Shown here piece by piece: positions 29,183 to 39,507 of a stretch of DNA of 64,000 bases. The DNA is from a virus. Position numbers and translations under genes: made by a program. The notes below the pieces were generated by a model. That model worked only from the letters and a program-made list of their open reading frames with translations. It was not told where the DNA came from and searched no databases. The stretch's first letter is position 1. Each line of letters opens with the position of its first letter. The stretch lies in IMG/VR virus record IMGVR_UViG_3300049436_000052, positions 137,433-201,432 of that record, one strand, 5' to 3'.

Positions 29183-32100
29183 GTGGGAAAAGTAAAAGTT
29201 GTTAATAATAAATTAGATTTAAACTTAATAGGAGAATCTCCATCCGAAACAATATTTCAATTTGGAACATTTTTCGTTACTTCTAATTTTGATGGTAAAA
29301 AAACTAAAGATTATTCAGATCAATTGAGTAGTTTTGTAACGCCAATTACATTAAAGACATTAAACGTTTCTGAAACGCAATTAGATGTATTGAATGTTAA
29401 AACTAATAAAGTAGTATTAAATTTAGACAAATCTGATTTAAAAACATTTGTTAGATTTGGTTCAGCATATGAATTTTTCAGAATATCACTTCAAAACGTT
29501 ATTGTTAATTATCCAGGGAGTTTATTTGTAAATTCACAAGTAGTTAGAGGTGGTAATGTGACATTTAGTGGATTTACCTATAATCCATTGACAAACAAAT
29601 CACAAATAACAATTCCACTAAATGCTGTTGTAAATAAATTTGGTTTAATCGTTGATTATGGAAATACAACAGAGCCAGATAATATCGCATTAAAAAATTT
29701 AAATACATCCTATAATAAATATATTTTATGGACTTCATACACTCCAACAGATAATACACATACAATATTAGGGTTTACTGGTTTTACAAAAAATAATGGT
29801 GTTTTAATACTTGAAGTTCTTGGAAATCCTCTTCCAATGATGACAGGTACTAGCGGAATATTAGATTTTCATATTAAACCAACTAATTATGTTTTTGAAG
29901 AATTTAGAACAATATTGGATTATTATGAAAAATATATTGTATCTGAAAGAAGTGCTGACAATAGTGGGTTTGTTTTTGTAGTTAAAGATCCAACTTTACT
30001 TGATAATGGAACAATAAACTATGTTAATACAACAGTTTCATGGCCAACAACGGATAAATATAATATTGATATTGATAATTCGAATTATGATAATTTGTTA
30101 AGAATTTTATTAAATATAGGTAGTAAATATGATGAGATAAAAACAAATTTAATATCAAGATTTTTAACACCAACATCAATAAAAACCTATGATTTAACAC
30201 AAGAAGGAAAAGTTGATAAATTACTAAAAATATATGGTCATGAATTTGACATAATGAGACAATTTATTGATTCTATAGCATATATCAATACGGTTACATA
30301 TAATAAAGTTAACAATATTCCAGATCAGATTGTAAATAATCTTGCAAGAACGTTTGGTTGGAAATATTTTTCATTGTTGAATGAAAGTGAATTGGTAAGT
30401 AGTTTTTTGACAATTGATGAAAATGAAAGAAATACAAACACTGATTTATTACCATCTGAAATTGATATTGAATTATGGAGAAGAATTTTAATTAATACTT
30501 CTTATTATTGGAAAAGTAAAGGAACTAGAGACGCTATTAAATCAATGTTTTTGTTAATAGGAATACCAGAACCATTTATAAACATAACTGAATATGTTTA
30601 TACTGTTAATGGAAAAATAGATCCAAGAACACAAACAATACCACAAGCATATTTTCCAACAAATTCTTTTCCATATAATAATGATGGTTATCCTGTTGCT
30701 CCATTGGAGACAAATAGTTTCTTTTTTCAAGTTTCTGGTGATACTGATAATGGACAAACATATATGAATGTATTTCGTCAAGCAGGTTTTAATTTATTGA
30801 GAACAGTTGACAATAAAAAATCATGGATTCAAACAGGTGCAACAACAAGATCACATTCAACAACCCCCCAATATTATCAAGAAGATAGTAAACTTATAAT
30901 TAATACTAAGGAAATTGATGTTGCATTAGACACTGCTCGTGGAATTGAATATGATGTCTATAGATATATTAAAGAACAAGACTTTCCAGCAAATTCAAGT
31001 GGATATACAATACCATTTAATTATATTAACATTTCTTTAGGTTATACATTAAGTGCAAATACATTTACATTACCATTTACTCCAGAGGGTGATTTTGAAG
31101 TTAGATATAATGGAATTTTGTTAAATGCACCTAAAACGGGAACGACTAGTGGTATTACATATCAAAGTGATTATATTGTAAATGGAAATCAATTTACTTT
31201 AAATTATCCAGCATATTATACAAACAATAATAGAGATGTAATTCAAGCAACATATGTTTATTCAGGAGGCACTACAACACCAATTAGTGGGGTTACTGTA
31301 AAATATGTTGTTACCAGAGTAAAGGCTAATATAACAGGTACAATTGTTCCATTACCATCAAATGCAAATGGTGACATACAAGTAACCATTAATGGTATTG
31401 CATTAACTAAAGGAACTAACCAATTTACTGCTGATTATATTATTGATCCAAATAATAGTGGACAAATTATAATACAAAATCCTGAAATTATTTCATATTT
31501 AGCAATCCCAGAAAATAGTTATGTTCAGGTTGTATATATAACAGTAACAGGAAGCACAAGTATTGCAGCACGTAATGAATTGTTAAGGATCGATAGTTTT
31601 AATACTAGTAAATTATATTTTAGTTCAACAGCTAATAAATATGTTTATAAACTTAATTATAAAACAAAAAGTGCTAATGAAATAAAAATATTGATAAATG
31701 GTATTGCAATCGAACCATTAACTGATTATACTTTAAACAATAACAACCCATATGAAATATATTTACCAAATGGTTTAAAATATGGAGATGTGATAAGTGT
31801 TTATTATTTGATTGGTGGTTCTGATTATTTAAATCCTGTTATTAGTAACGATTTTGGAATTGGTGACATTTCAAATTTATCTTTTCTTGAATTTATCGAG
31901 CTAATTCAAAGAAAAATGATTAATGCAACAAATAGAAAAATTGTTACAGACTATAGTGGTGGTTGGTATCCAACATTATTAAAAATTTATATAACATATC
32001 TTGAAAGAGCAAATTTATCAACAACAGATCCACTAAGATCTAATGGATATACTTTTGAAAATTTATATCCGTTTTTGAGCAAATATAATGCTTTTTTTCA

Positions 32101-32857
32101 AAAATTTGTTGATCAATTATTACCAGCAACCATTATTTTAAGGAAAAGTGGCTTATTGATTAGAAACAGTATATTTACAAAACAAAAATTTACATATAAA
32201 AGAGGAGTTAATTTTGATAAAACAATTAATTATTTTGGTGATGATGGTAGTTTGTTTCTTAAAAGACCATTAACTAAAATAGTTAGTTGGACTAGTGATC
32301 ATGTTTGTGTTGATGAATTATGTAAAAATTTAATCATATCTGGCATTACAATTACATATCCAACAACCACCACCACAACTACATTATCACCATATACAGC
32401 AGTAATTGTATTTAATTCAACAATAACCCAACAATATATATCAACCCCAAATAATAGTGGATATTATCGAAAATATGATATTGATCTTCAATTTAATCCA
32501 GAAATAACGCCAACATATGTAGTTAATATGAATTTGAATTCGAATGTATTTTTAAGTGGTGCAACAAATATAAATGATTCTAGTACTGTTGTCTTATCAT
32601 TATATAAAAATAATATTATTACAAATACAACAATATTTAATCAATCTGGCACTACAGACAATGATCAAGTAATTTCAATTGAGAATGGTGATTTAATTAA
32701 AATTATTATTGAAAATACTGCATTAACAACAGGTGTTAATTTGATCGATACGGAAATAACATTAACACCAACAATATTAAGTGTTTCTCCAAATGGTGGT
32801 GAATTTACATTAATACCAGAATCAATAACTAATACTATTAATTCTTCAGGAATATGA
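29183..32857 (+). CDS. Large baseplate wedge/tail protein (gp7/gpI-like motif) with beta-sandwich insertions
   Basis: YYWKSKGTRDAIKSMFLLIG resembles the wedge 'KGT' motif; repeated V.YNG/V.ING..L..DY segments; C-terminal poly-Thr linker. Confidence 0.65.
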   Translation: MGKVKVVNNKLDLNLIGESPSETIFQFGTFFVTSNFDGKKTKDYSDQLSSFVTPITLKTLNVSETQLDVLNVKTNKVVLNLDKSDLKTFVRFGSAYEFFRISLQNVIVNYPGSLFVNSQVVRGGNVTFSGFTYNPLTNKSQITIPLNAVVNKFGLIVDYGNTTEPDNIALKNLNTSYNKYILWTSYTPTDNTHTILGFTGFTKNNGVLILEVLGNPLPMMTGTSGILDFHIKPTNYVFEEFRTILDYYEKYIVSERSADNSGFVFVVKDPTLLDNGTINYVNTTVSWPTTDKYNIDIDNSNYDNLLRILLNIGSKYDEIKTNLISRFLTPTSIKTYDLTQEGKVDKLLKIYGHEFDIMRQFIDSIAYINTVTYNKVNNIPDQIVNNLARTFGWKYFSLLNESELVSSFLTIDENERNTNTDLLPSEIDIELWRRILINTSYYWKSKGTRDAIKSMFLLIGIPEPFINITEYVYTVNGKIDPRTQTIPQAYFPTNSFPYNNDGYPVAPLETNSFFFQVSGDTDNGQTYMNVFRQAGFNLLRTVDNKKSWIQTGATTRSHSTTPQYYQEDSKLIINTKEIDVALDTARGIEYDVYRYIKEQDFPANSSGYTIPFNYINISLGYTLSANTFTLPFTPEGDFEVRYNGILLNAPKTGTTSGITYQSDYIVNGNQFTLNYPAYYTNNNRDVIQATYVYSGGTTTPISGVTVKYVVTRVKANITGTIVPLPSNANGDIQVTINGIALTKGTNQFTADYIIDPNNSGQIIIQNPEIISYLAIPENSYVQVVYITVTGSTSIAARNELLRIDSFNTSKLYFSSTANKYVYKLNYKTKSANEIKILINGIAIEPLTDYTLNNNNPYEIYLPNGLKYGDVISVYYLIGGSDYLNPVISNDFGIGDISNLSFLEFIELIQRKMINATNRKIVTDYSGGWYPTLLKIYITYLERANLSTTDPLRSNGYTFENLYPFLSKYNAFFQKFVDQLLPATIILRKSGLLIRNSIFTKQKFTYKRGVNFDKTINYFGDDGSLFLKRPLTKIVSWTSDHVCVDELCKNLIISGITITYPTTTTTTTLSPYTAVIVFNSTITQQYISTPNNSGYYRKYDIDLQFNPEITPTYVVNMNLNSNVFLSGATNINDSSTVVLSLYKNNIITNTTIFNQSGTTDNDQVISIENGDLIKIIIENTALTTGVNLIDTEITLTPTILSVSPNGGEFTLIPESITNTINSSGI

Positions 32858-33771
32858 AATTTGTAATAGCACTTCCAGATTGTGATTATTATTTGTGGCA
32901 AATGTTGGTTCAAATCAATAATTTTAGAAAACTAGGATTCGAAGAAAATACTATATATTTAATAGGAAAAACATCAATTCAAACAAGTTCAACATTACTA
33001 AAAATAATGAATGGTGGAATTAGATCAAGTTTTTTTATTTTTAATGATTTACGAATAAATCCAAGATATTCACCATCATTAAAACCATATCTAATGAAAT
33101 GTTTTATTGAACAACATCCTGAAATAAAAAATGAAGTATTTTTCTTTACAGATCCAGATGTTATATTTACTAAAAAAATAAAATTTTCTGATTCTGAAAC
33201 AAATAACAATGTTTGGTATATGAGTGATACACAATCATATTTAAACAGTACATATATTAAAAGTAAGGGTCTGGAGTTGTTTAAAGAAATGTGTAAAATT
33301 GTTGGTATTGATGAGGAACTTGTTGAAAAAAACGATAAAAATGCTGGTGGTGCACAAATAATTGTAAAAAATACAACTAGCGATTTTTGGAAAAAGGTTG
33401 AATTGGATAGTGAGAATTTATATATACACATGATTGAAACATCAAATAAATATAATCCAAAACATCCAATTCAAGCATGGACTGCTGAAATGTGGGCAAC
33501 ACTTTGGAATGCTTGGCTATTTGGACACGAAACTAAAATTATAAAAAAAATGAATTTCTCATGGGCGACAGATCTAATTAACAAATGGGATGAAAGTTCT
33601 ATTTATCATAATGCTGGTGCTGTTGTTGAAAATGGTGACTATTTCTTAAAAAGTAAATATCAAAGATCACCATTTAATTTAGATTTAAAAATTACTAATA
33701 AATATTGTTCATTTAATTACGTTAAAGAAATTAAAGAAACAGAAAAGAATTTTAATAAAATATTGTTTTAA
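32854..33771 (+). CDS. GT-A glycosyltransferase resembling plant hydroxyproline O-arabinosyltransferase / peptidyl-serine galactosyltransferase (GT95/GT96)
   Basis: YYLWQ, YSPSLKP, FFTDPDVIF (DxD), GGAQIIVK, AWTAEMW, HNAG parallel HPAT's YNKWQ, YVVLNRP, EPDHVF, GNSPVII, GWVLEMY (recalled from memory, by-eye alignment). Confidence 0.7.
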   Translation: MKFVIALPDCDYYLWQMLVQINNFRKLGFEENTIYLIGKTSIQTSSTLLKIMNGGIRSSFFIFNDLRINPRYSPSLKPYLMKCFIEQHPEIKNEVFFFTDPDVIFTKKIKFSDSETNNNVWYMSDTQSYLNSTYIKSKGLELFKEMCKIVGIDEELVEKNDKNAGGAQIIVKNTTSDFWKKVELDSENLYIHMIETSNKYNPKHPIQAWTAEMWATLWNAWLFGHETKIIKKMNFSWATDLINKWDESSIYHNAGAVVENGDYFLKSKYQRSPFNLDLKITNKYCSFNYVKEIKETEKNFNKILF

Positions 33772-35612
33772 TGGGTGTATCAAGAAAATATAATTTAAAT
33801 ATTAGTGATGTTATGAGTTGTGGTATTGGATCTGTTACTGGTAATACAATTACTTGTAGTATTTTAGATCCGTTTAGTGTTACATATGATACTAATCCAC
33901 CAACAATTTGTAATTATCCATTAATTAATTTAGATGATTTAAAAGCATTATCAACCATAAATTATGAAAATAGAATTTCGGATTTAATCAATAAATTACA
34001 AATAGAAAATGAATCATCAAAAGAAAGTTTAATTGAAGATGCTCAATATGAAGAGCTAGATTGTGATTATAAAAGTGATTTAAGTACTAATTTCATTGTT
34101 TACAAATTTTTAAGCGGAATTAGAATAATAAATGCTGGAAGTCCAAGTGGAATTATTGAATATAAAGTATATCCTGTTGGCGGAGATCCAAATAATTATC
34201 CTTGGGTAACAAATCCAACGTTCTTAAACTTAGATCCAGATGGAATATATATTGTATTAATTAGAGATAATTTAAATAATCTAATATTAGATACTCATAG
34301 TACAACCATATCAATGCAACTATTACTTCCAAGTACTACAACCACATTGGCAAGTAAAACAATATCTTTAAATCAGATTAATACATCAACATCATTATTT
34401 TCAGCATATAAAAATGGATGTGTTCAAATCAATCCACAATTATCTTCGTTTGAAAGACTTGAGATTGATTTTACTACGAACACAATAATTAGTGGTTGTG
34501 GCGAATTTTCATTAACATTTACATGTAAACCAAATAATTCATCTCAATTTTATCCTTATTGTAATATTGTAAAGAATACAGTTGGAACATCTTCTTCTTC
34601 TGGTAATTTATCTATTGAATATGGCGATACTGTTTGTTATAATATAATGGGAACTAATAACGCATATGGATCAACGGTTTGTGGTGATTTTTGTATAAAT
34701 AATGTCAATGGATTAAATACTGTCAATCCAATAATTGATATTACAAATAATTGTTCAACAATAGTTAAAATAACCCAACCATTAGATATTGTAGTCAGTT
34801 TGAGTGGTATTACAACCACCAATACAACAAATTCACAAATTGTTAATGGTGTTGTAAAATTTTCACAATCAATACCTAATGGTGAATTTATTAATATTCA
34901 ATTTTCAGCAGCTAATTCAGTTAGTGCTAGTGGTACTTTTTCATCAACAGAAATTTTTAGAAAAAGAACAATTGATTCAAATTATGTTAGTCAATGTGTT
35001 ATAGGTAATATTTGTTCACAACCACAAACATTAAATTTAATTGCATGTAATGGAGATAAATATTGTTTTAATATGGTTATTAATTTAATTTCTGCTGGAA
35101 ATACTGGAACTAATAGTATTTCAATAACAAATATAAATAGTTCTAGTGGGGTGTTGTCTTCAATATCAACAGGTAATACAATTTCATTTACAAAATCAAT
35201 ACCAATACCATCTGTAGTTTTTGGTGTTTGTAGGCAAAATTCAACACCATCATCTTCAAATGGTTATTTTAATATTACACCATCATTACCTAATGGAGAA
35301 TATGTAACATTAGGATTTCAAATTAATCAAGACTTATTCGGATCTTCATCATCAAATATTAGTTATTATTGTAAACCTAATGGCTGTGCTAATTTTGTTT
35401 TGAAATGTCAATATAGTCTTTCATCATCTTGTTCTAATACTTGTAATCGAAATGGAAATATAACTATTAATAGTGGCGATTGTTTATGTTATACGAATTC
35501 ATTAAGTAATAAGATAGTATCTCAATTTACGTTTACTACAATATGTAGTAGTTCTGGAATTTCTCCATCTATATGTAGTGGAAAAAATGGTGATTATTTA
35601 TTATGTACATAA
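33771..35612 (+). CDS. Cys/Ser/Thr-rich putative tail-fibre/virion protein with three repeated modules
   Basis: TAATG-coupled to the GT gene; STTTT linker, then three ~125-140-aa beta-rich modules. Confidence 0.6.
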   Translation: MGVSRKYNLNISDVMSCGIGSVTGNTITCSILDPFSVTYDTNPPTICNYPLINLDDLKALSTINYENRISDLINKLQIENESSKESLIEDAQYEELDCDYKSDLSTNFIVYKFLSGIRIINAGSPSGIIEYKVYPVGGDPNNYPWVTNPTFLNLDPDGIYIVLIRDNLNNLILDTHSTTISMQLLLPSTTTTLASKTISLNQINTSTSLFSAYKNGCVQINPQLSSFERLEIDFTTNTIISGCGEFSLTFTCKPNNSSQFYPYCNIVKNTVGTSSSSGNLSIEYGDTVCYNIMGTNNAYGSTVCGDFCINNVNGLNTVNPIIDITNNCSTIVKITQPLDIVVSLSGITTTNTTNSQIVNGVVKFSQSIPNGEFINIQFSAANSVSASGTFSSTEIFRKRTIDSNYVSQCVIGNICSQPQTLNLIACNGDKYCFNMVINLISAGNTGTNSISITNINSSSGVLSSISTGNTISFTKSIPIPSVVFGVCRQNSTPSSSNGYFNITPSLPNGEYVTLGFQINQDLFGSSSSNISYYCKPNGCANFVLKCQYSLSSSCSNTCNRNGNITINSGDCLCYTNSLSNKIVSQFTFTTICSSSGISPSICSGKNGDYLLCT

Positions 35613-35625
35613 ATTTTAAATTATT

Positions 35626-35635
35626 GTATTTATAA
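35626..35635 (+). promoter_or_regulatory. GTATTTATAA putative late promoter
   Basis: Exact motif 11 nt upstream of ATG 35647. Confidence 0.7.
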
Positions 35636-35646
35636 AAAAAACATAA

Positions 35647-37857
35647 ATGGCATTTATTGGTAAAAAAAACCCAACAGTTCTAAATATAAAACTAACTTCA
35701 AAAGGTAGAGAATTACTATCTGAAGGTAAGTTAACATTCAATTATTTTGCATTAGGTGATAGTGAAATTGATTATAATTTTAATTCTTTAGCACAATTAA
35801 ATCCATTTTATAATCAAATATTAAAACCAGTAGATGAGAATCCAAATATTATATCATTTATTCCAAAAACAATTTCAGGAGATCCATATAATTTTATATC
35901 AAACGTTTCATCAGTTCCAACAATTGTTCAAAATAATGCAAATAGTATTGGGTTTTTTAATATTACTGGCAATAGTGTTAGTTTTTTAACAGATGGGGAT
36001 CATGTAAAACAACCAGATGTCATGATTAAAGTAGATAATCTTACAGGTGGTACTTTATTGGAATTATTTAAAGCTCCGACATATTTAGCCAATGTTAACG
36101 AACCTAGTGTTGGTGATTTTATGTTGGTTAAGTGGTCAAATAAATACGACATAACAAGCGGAACAACTGGTTATAATATTGATTTATCAAATCCAAAACC
36201 AATTTTGGTATATAAAATACAATCAATAATATCTGGATCGTTATTCAACGATAATTTAATTGTTGAAGTTGACAGAGAATTGCCTAATTTTAGTGGTATT
36301 ACTGGAACAACAAATGTAAATGTAGGTGCAATAATATTTTATAATTATATTAATTTTACTGGAGATACAATATATAACGATTATTCAACCAATTATGAAA
36401 ATGAGAGTGTATTGGCATTTTTACAAAACTGCCAATGTCCTACGATAACGTTTCCATTTTGGAATTTATCTATTGTATATATTGATGAAATTATTGGAGT
36501 TCAAACAGACAATAAGAAATTTCAAAAATTTTCATCTAATTTATATGGTGGTTTTGTATCATACATACAAAATCAAAAACCCGTTTTTAACAAATTAGGA
36601 ATAATTCATTATTCTAATTTTTCTCCTTCCAATACATATGGTGAAGAACTTTATGTTAATACTGTTGATAATAATGTACCTATATTAGACATACCAACAA
36701 TAATGTGGCATAAATCATCAACAAATTTGATGGGTGTTAAATTAAAAGCAATTAACACACTAAAAACATTAACTGGTGAAACCAAATCACTAAACATTTC
36801 ATATTATGATTTGGGTGATTTAGACGGAAATGTTGTTGGAAAAGTATTTCCAAGTTTAAAAGTATTTGTTATTGAAGATCAAGAATTACTTTTTGCATTG
36901 TCTTACAAATCAAATAGATCTTGGACTTTACCAAATTATAGTGTGGGAACAAATGATAATATTGTAATTGGATGTCCAACATGTTCAATAGACTTTGATG
37001 TTACAGTAACAAATCCGACTAGTCTTATTAGTGGAAATGGATCTTTATATATTGATAATATTGTTAATCAAATTACTGGAAGTAAGTTAATTTTAGATGT
37101 TAGTGGTTTAACTAGTGGTCAAATTTATTTTGATCAAATAGTAGCAAATGCATTAATTGGCAATTTAAGCGCTGATACATATAGTGTGACAATACATGAT
37201 TTGGGTGCATTAAATTGTCAAGGAAAAACAATTGTAATGTCTAATCCAACAAGTATATTATCTATTTATAATACTGGAACAACTCAAAGTGGTTTAGATC
37301 CTGATTTTGAATTATCTATTATTAATCCTACTACTATTAGAGTTTATTTAAATGACATTGGAACTATTTATGGAACTGGTTATACTCAAATAGTTTCATA
37401 TGGAGCTACTGCACCAATATCTTATTTAACAATTGGAACATATCATGAATTCAATAATCTAACATTCTTAAATCCATATACTATATATGTTAAAGATAAA
37501 TATACTGGATCGACGGAATTTATAATAACTAAAGACTATGTTGCTGCTGGAAATCCTTTAAATAGTAATTTTATTGTTTCAAATCAGATGGTAGATAGTG
37601 GTGGTACATATGTCATACTAACTAATTATTTAACAACGATAAATCCAAGTGTAAATCCAATTATTGGAACAATTGAATTTAGTGCATATGAATCAACATC
37701 AGTTCCCTCAAGTTGGGAAGTGTTGCCAATTGGAGATCCTAATGGAACTTCGAAAAAAATATATATAACTGGAACTAGAAATTATACTGTTTCAGTAAGA
37801 GAGAGATATCAAACAATTGAAATGTATAAGTTTACAAAAACAACAATAATAGTGTAA
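35647..37857 (+). CDS. Putative baseplate/tail protein
   Basis: N-terminal LTSKGRELL..G.LTFNYFALGDSEIDY is a typical phage baseplate/collar N-terminus; C-terminal Ig-like segments. Confidence 0.6.
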   Translation: MAFIGKKNPTVLNIKLTSKGRELLSEGKLTFNYFALGDSEIDYNFNSLAQLNPFYNQILKPVDENPNIISFIPKTISGDPYNFISNVSSVPTIVQNNANSIGFFNITGNSVSFLTDGDHVKQPDVMIKVDNLTGGTLLELFKAPTYLANVNEPSVGDFMLVKWSNKYDITSGTTGYNIDLSNPKPILVYKIQSIISGSLFNDNLIVEVDRELPNFSGITGTTNVNVGAIIFYNYINFTGDTIYNDYSTNYENESVLAFLQNCQCPTITFPFWNLSIVYIDEIIGVQTDNKKFQKFSSNLYGGFVSYIQNQKPVFNKLGIIHYSNFSPSNTYGEELYVNTVDNNVPILDIPTIMWHKSSTNLMGVKLKAINTLKTLTGETKSLNISYYDLGDLDGNVVGKVFPSLKVFVIEDQELLFALSYKSNRSWTLPNYSVGTNDNIVIGCPTCSIDFDVTVTNPTSLISGNGSLYIDNIVNQITGSKLILDVSGLTSGQIYFDQIVANALIGNLSADTYSVTIHDLGALNCQGKTIVMSNPTSILSIYNTGTTQSGLDPDFELSIINPTTIRVYLNDIGTIYGTGYTQIVSYGATAPISYLTIGTYHEFNNLTFLNPYTIYVKDKYTGSTEFIITKDYVAAGNPLNSNFIVSNQMVDSGGTYVILTNYLTTINPSVNPIIGTIEFSAYESTSVPSSWEVLPIGDPNGTSKKIYITGTRNYTVSVRERYQTIEMYKFTKTTIIV

Positions 37858-37859
37858 AT

Positions 37860-38786
37860 ATGGCAGATATTAGATTTAAAATAAGTGGTAATACAAATCC
37901 TTTTATAGCAAAATTGTGGAATAGTGGATGTACTGCACTATTACAACAAAAATCAATTGACTATTCTGGAACGTGTGTTATATTTGGAGGATTAGACGCT
38001 AATACATACTATAATGTTTCCATAAACGATAAAATAGATACAATATATTCCAAACAATTTTTAACACCAGCACCAATAACACCTTCAATATTACCAACAA
38101 AATATGTTTGTTTAATAGGTACTCTATATAATTCAAGCGATTATGTTCAACAAATATCAAGTCCAAAGGAATTGTTTATATCACCAATATTATCAACTGG
38201 TGAATGTGTTGATGTTAAATTAAGGATTAATACAACAAATTATTCTAATACCCAAAACAGTATAACTCTATATTGTGGGGGTGTTGCACTATCACCAGTA
38301 TATTCAAATTCAGGACAACAATATAAAACAATAAATATTAAACCAAATGATAGTATTTGTTATACAATGACAACATATGCCACATCATCTCCAGGCGTTC
38401 AATTCTCTGGTACATCCAATATTGAGATTATTGGAACAACAGGACATAATATCACATCTTTAATCTCTTCAACATATTATTCCAAATCAACGTGTTTGTC
38501 GATATCAAATACTGGATCAATATCAGCAAATCAAACAATATTTGTATTATCACCAAGTAGTATTTCTTATAGTTTACCAATAATAATAACTTCAACACAA
38601 ATGTGGGAAATTGATGTAACAACAGTTCCTTCATGGATTAATTATGCATTTGTTGATGGAAATAGTGGAGATAGTCCAGATTTATTTGTTCAAGCAAATG
38701 ATACACCTAATCTAAGAAATGCGATGGTTAAAATTTGGTTAAAAAATAATCACAATATATTTGTTGTAATTAATATCACAATTTAA
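37860..38786 (+). CDS. Putative virion protein: fibronectin-like N-terminus, Pro/Thr linker, module shared with 33771, BACON-like C-terminus
   Basis: FGGLDANTYYNVSI; TPAPITP; WEIDVTTVPSWINY..GNSG..VQANDT..RNAMVKI (BACON-like). Confidence 0.55.
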   Translation: MADIRFKISGNTNPFIAKLWNSGCTALLQQKSIDYSGTCVIFGGLDANTYYNVSINDKIDTIYSKQFLTPAPITPSILPTKYVCLIGTLYNSSDYVQQISSPKELFISPILSTGECVDVKLRINTTNYSNTQNSITLYCGGVALSPVYSNSGQQYKTINIKPNDSICYTMTTYATSSPGVQFSGTSNIEIIGTTGHNITSLISSTYYSKSTCLSISNTGSISANQTIFVLSPSSISYSLPIIITSTQMWEIDVTTVPSWINYAFVDGNSGDSPDLFVQANDTPNLRNAMVKIWLKNNHNIFVVINITI

Positions 38787-38793
38787 AAATAAT

Positions 38794-39495
38794 ATGGCAA
38801 GCGTTAAATATACGATAGTTAATGGAGGAGTTCCTTTTAAAGTAGAACTAATACCTAGTTCAATTCCAGCTAATATGCATAATTCTGTTGGACAATTTGA
38901 ATTTTTAAATGTTCCAAATGGTTCGTATGTTCTAACAATTACAGATGGAAATGAATGTGTTTTTGAGGAACAAATAACTGTCGATCCTTCAGTTACAACA
39001 ACTACTACAACACAAATACCAAGTAATTCTATTGTAGTGGGTCAAACAAATGATACTAATGTAATTTTTAATGAAGATGGAACAAATAGAGATAGTCATT
39101 ATAGTGGATATCCAGATGTAAATACTTCTACAATATACTTATGGTTTAAAACATATGATGGTTTTCCAATAACTAATCAAAAAACGTTACAATATTCATT
39201 AATTGGAGATAGTGGAACAACTTTTAGTTTTAACAGTTTAAGTGATGAAATTCATTGTGAGGTAATTGAAAATATAAATAATGCACCATCAATTAGTGGC
39301 AATATAATATTAAAATCAGGATTTATTGAAACATATTTTGAATATACATATATGAAAAATCCATTAATTCCAGACTATACTATTAATTTAACTACAATTG
39401 AAAATATATTTTATAACGGTCTTGAATTGACTGGTGGAACAAATCAATATGGTATTACATATAATACCAATAATAATATAATAATGAAATTTTAA
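38794..39495 (+). CDS. Putative virion protein with poly-Thr linker
   Basis: FLNVPNGSYVLTITDGNEC (SprB/Ig-like) followed by VTTTTTTQIP. Confidence 0.55.
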   Translation: MASVKYTIVNGGVPFKVELIPSSIPANMHNSVGQFEFLNVPNGSYVLTITDGNECVFEEQITVDPSVTTTTTTQIPSNSIVVGQTNDTNVIFNEDGTNRDSHYSGYPDVNTSTIYLWFKTYDGFPITNQKTLQYSLIGDSGTTFSFNSLSDEIHCEVIENINNAPSISGNIILKSGFIETYFEYTYMKNPLIPDYTINLTTIENIFYNGLELTGGTNQYGITYNTNNNIIMKF

Positions 39496-39507
39496 GTATT
39501 TATTCTC

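Noticed and set aside
32363-32383. Poly-Thr codons as a slippage/contingency microsatellite
   Set aside because: Codons are mixed (ACA/ACC/ACT), so there is no pure DNA repeat
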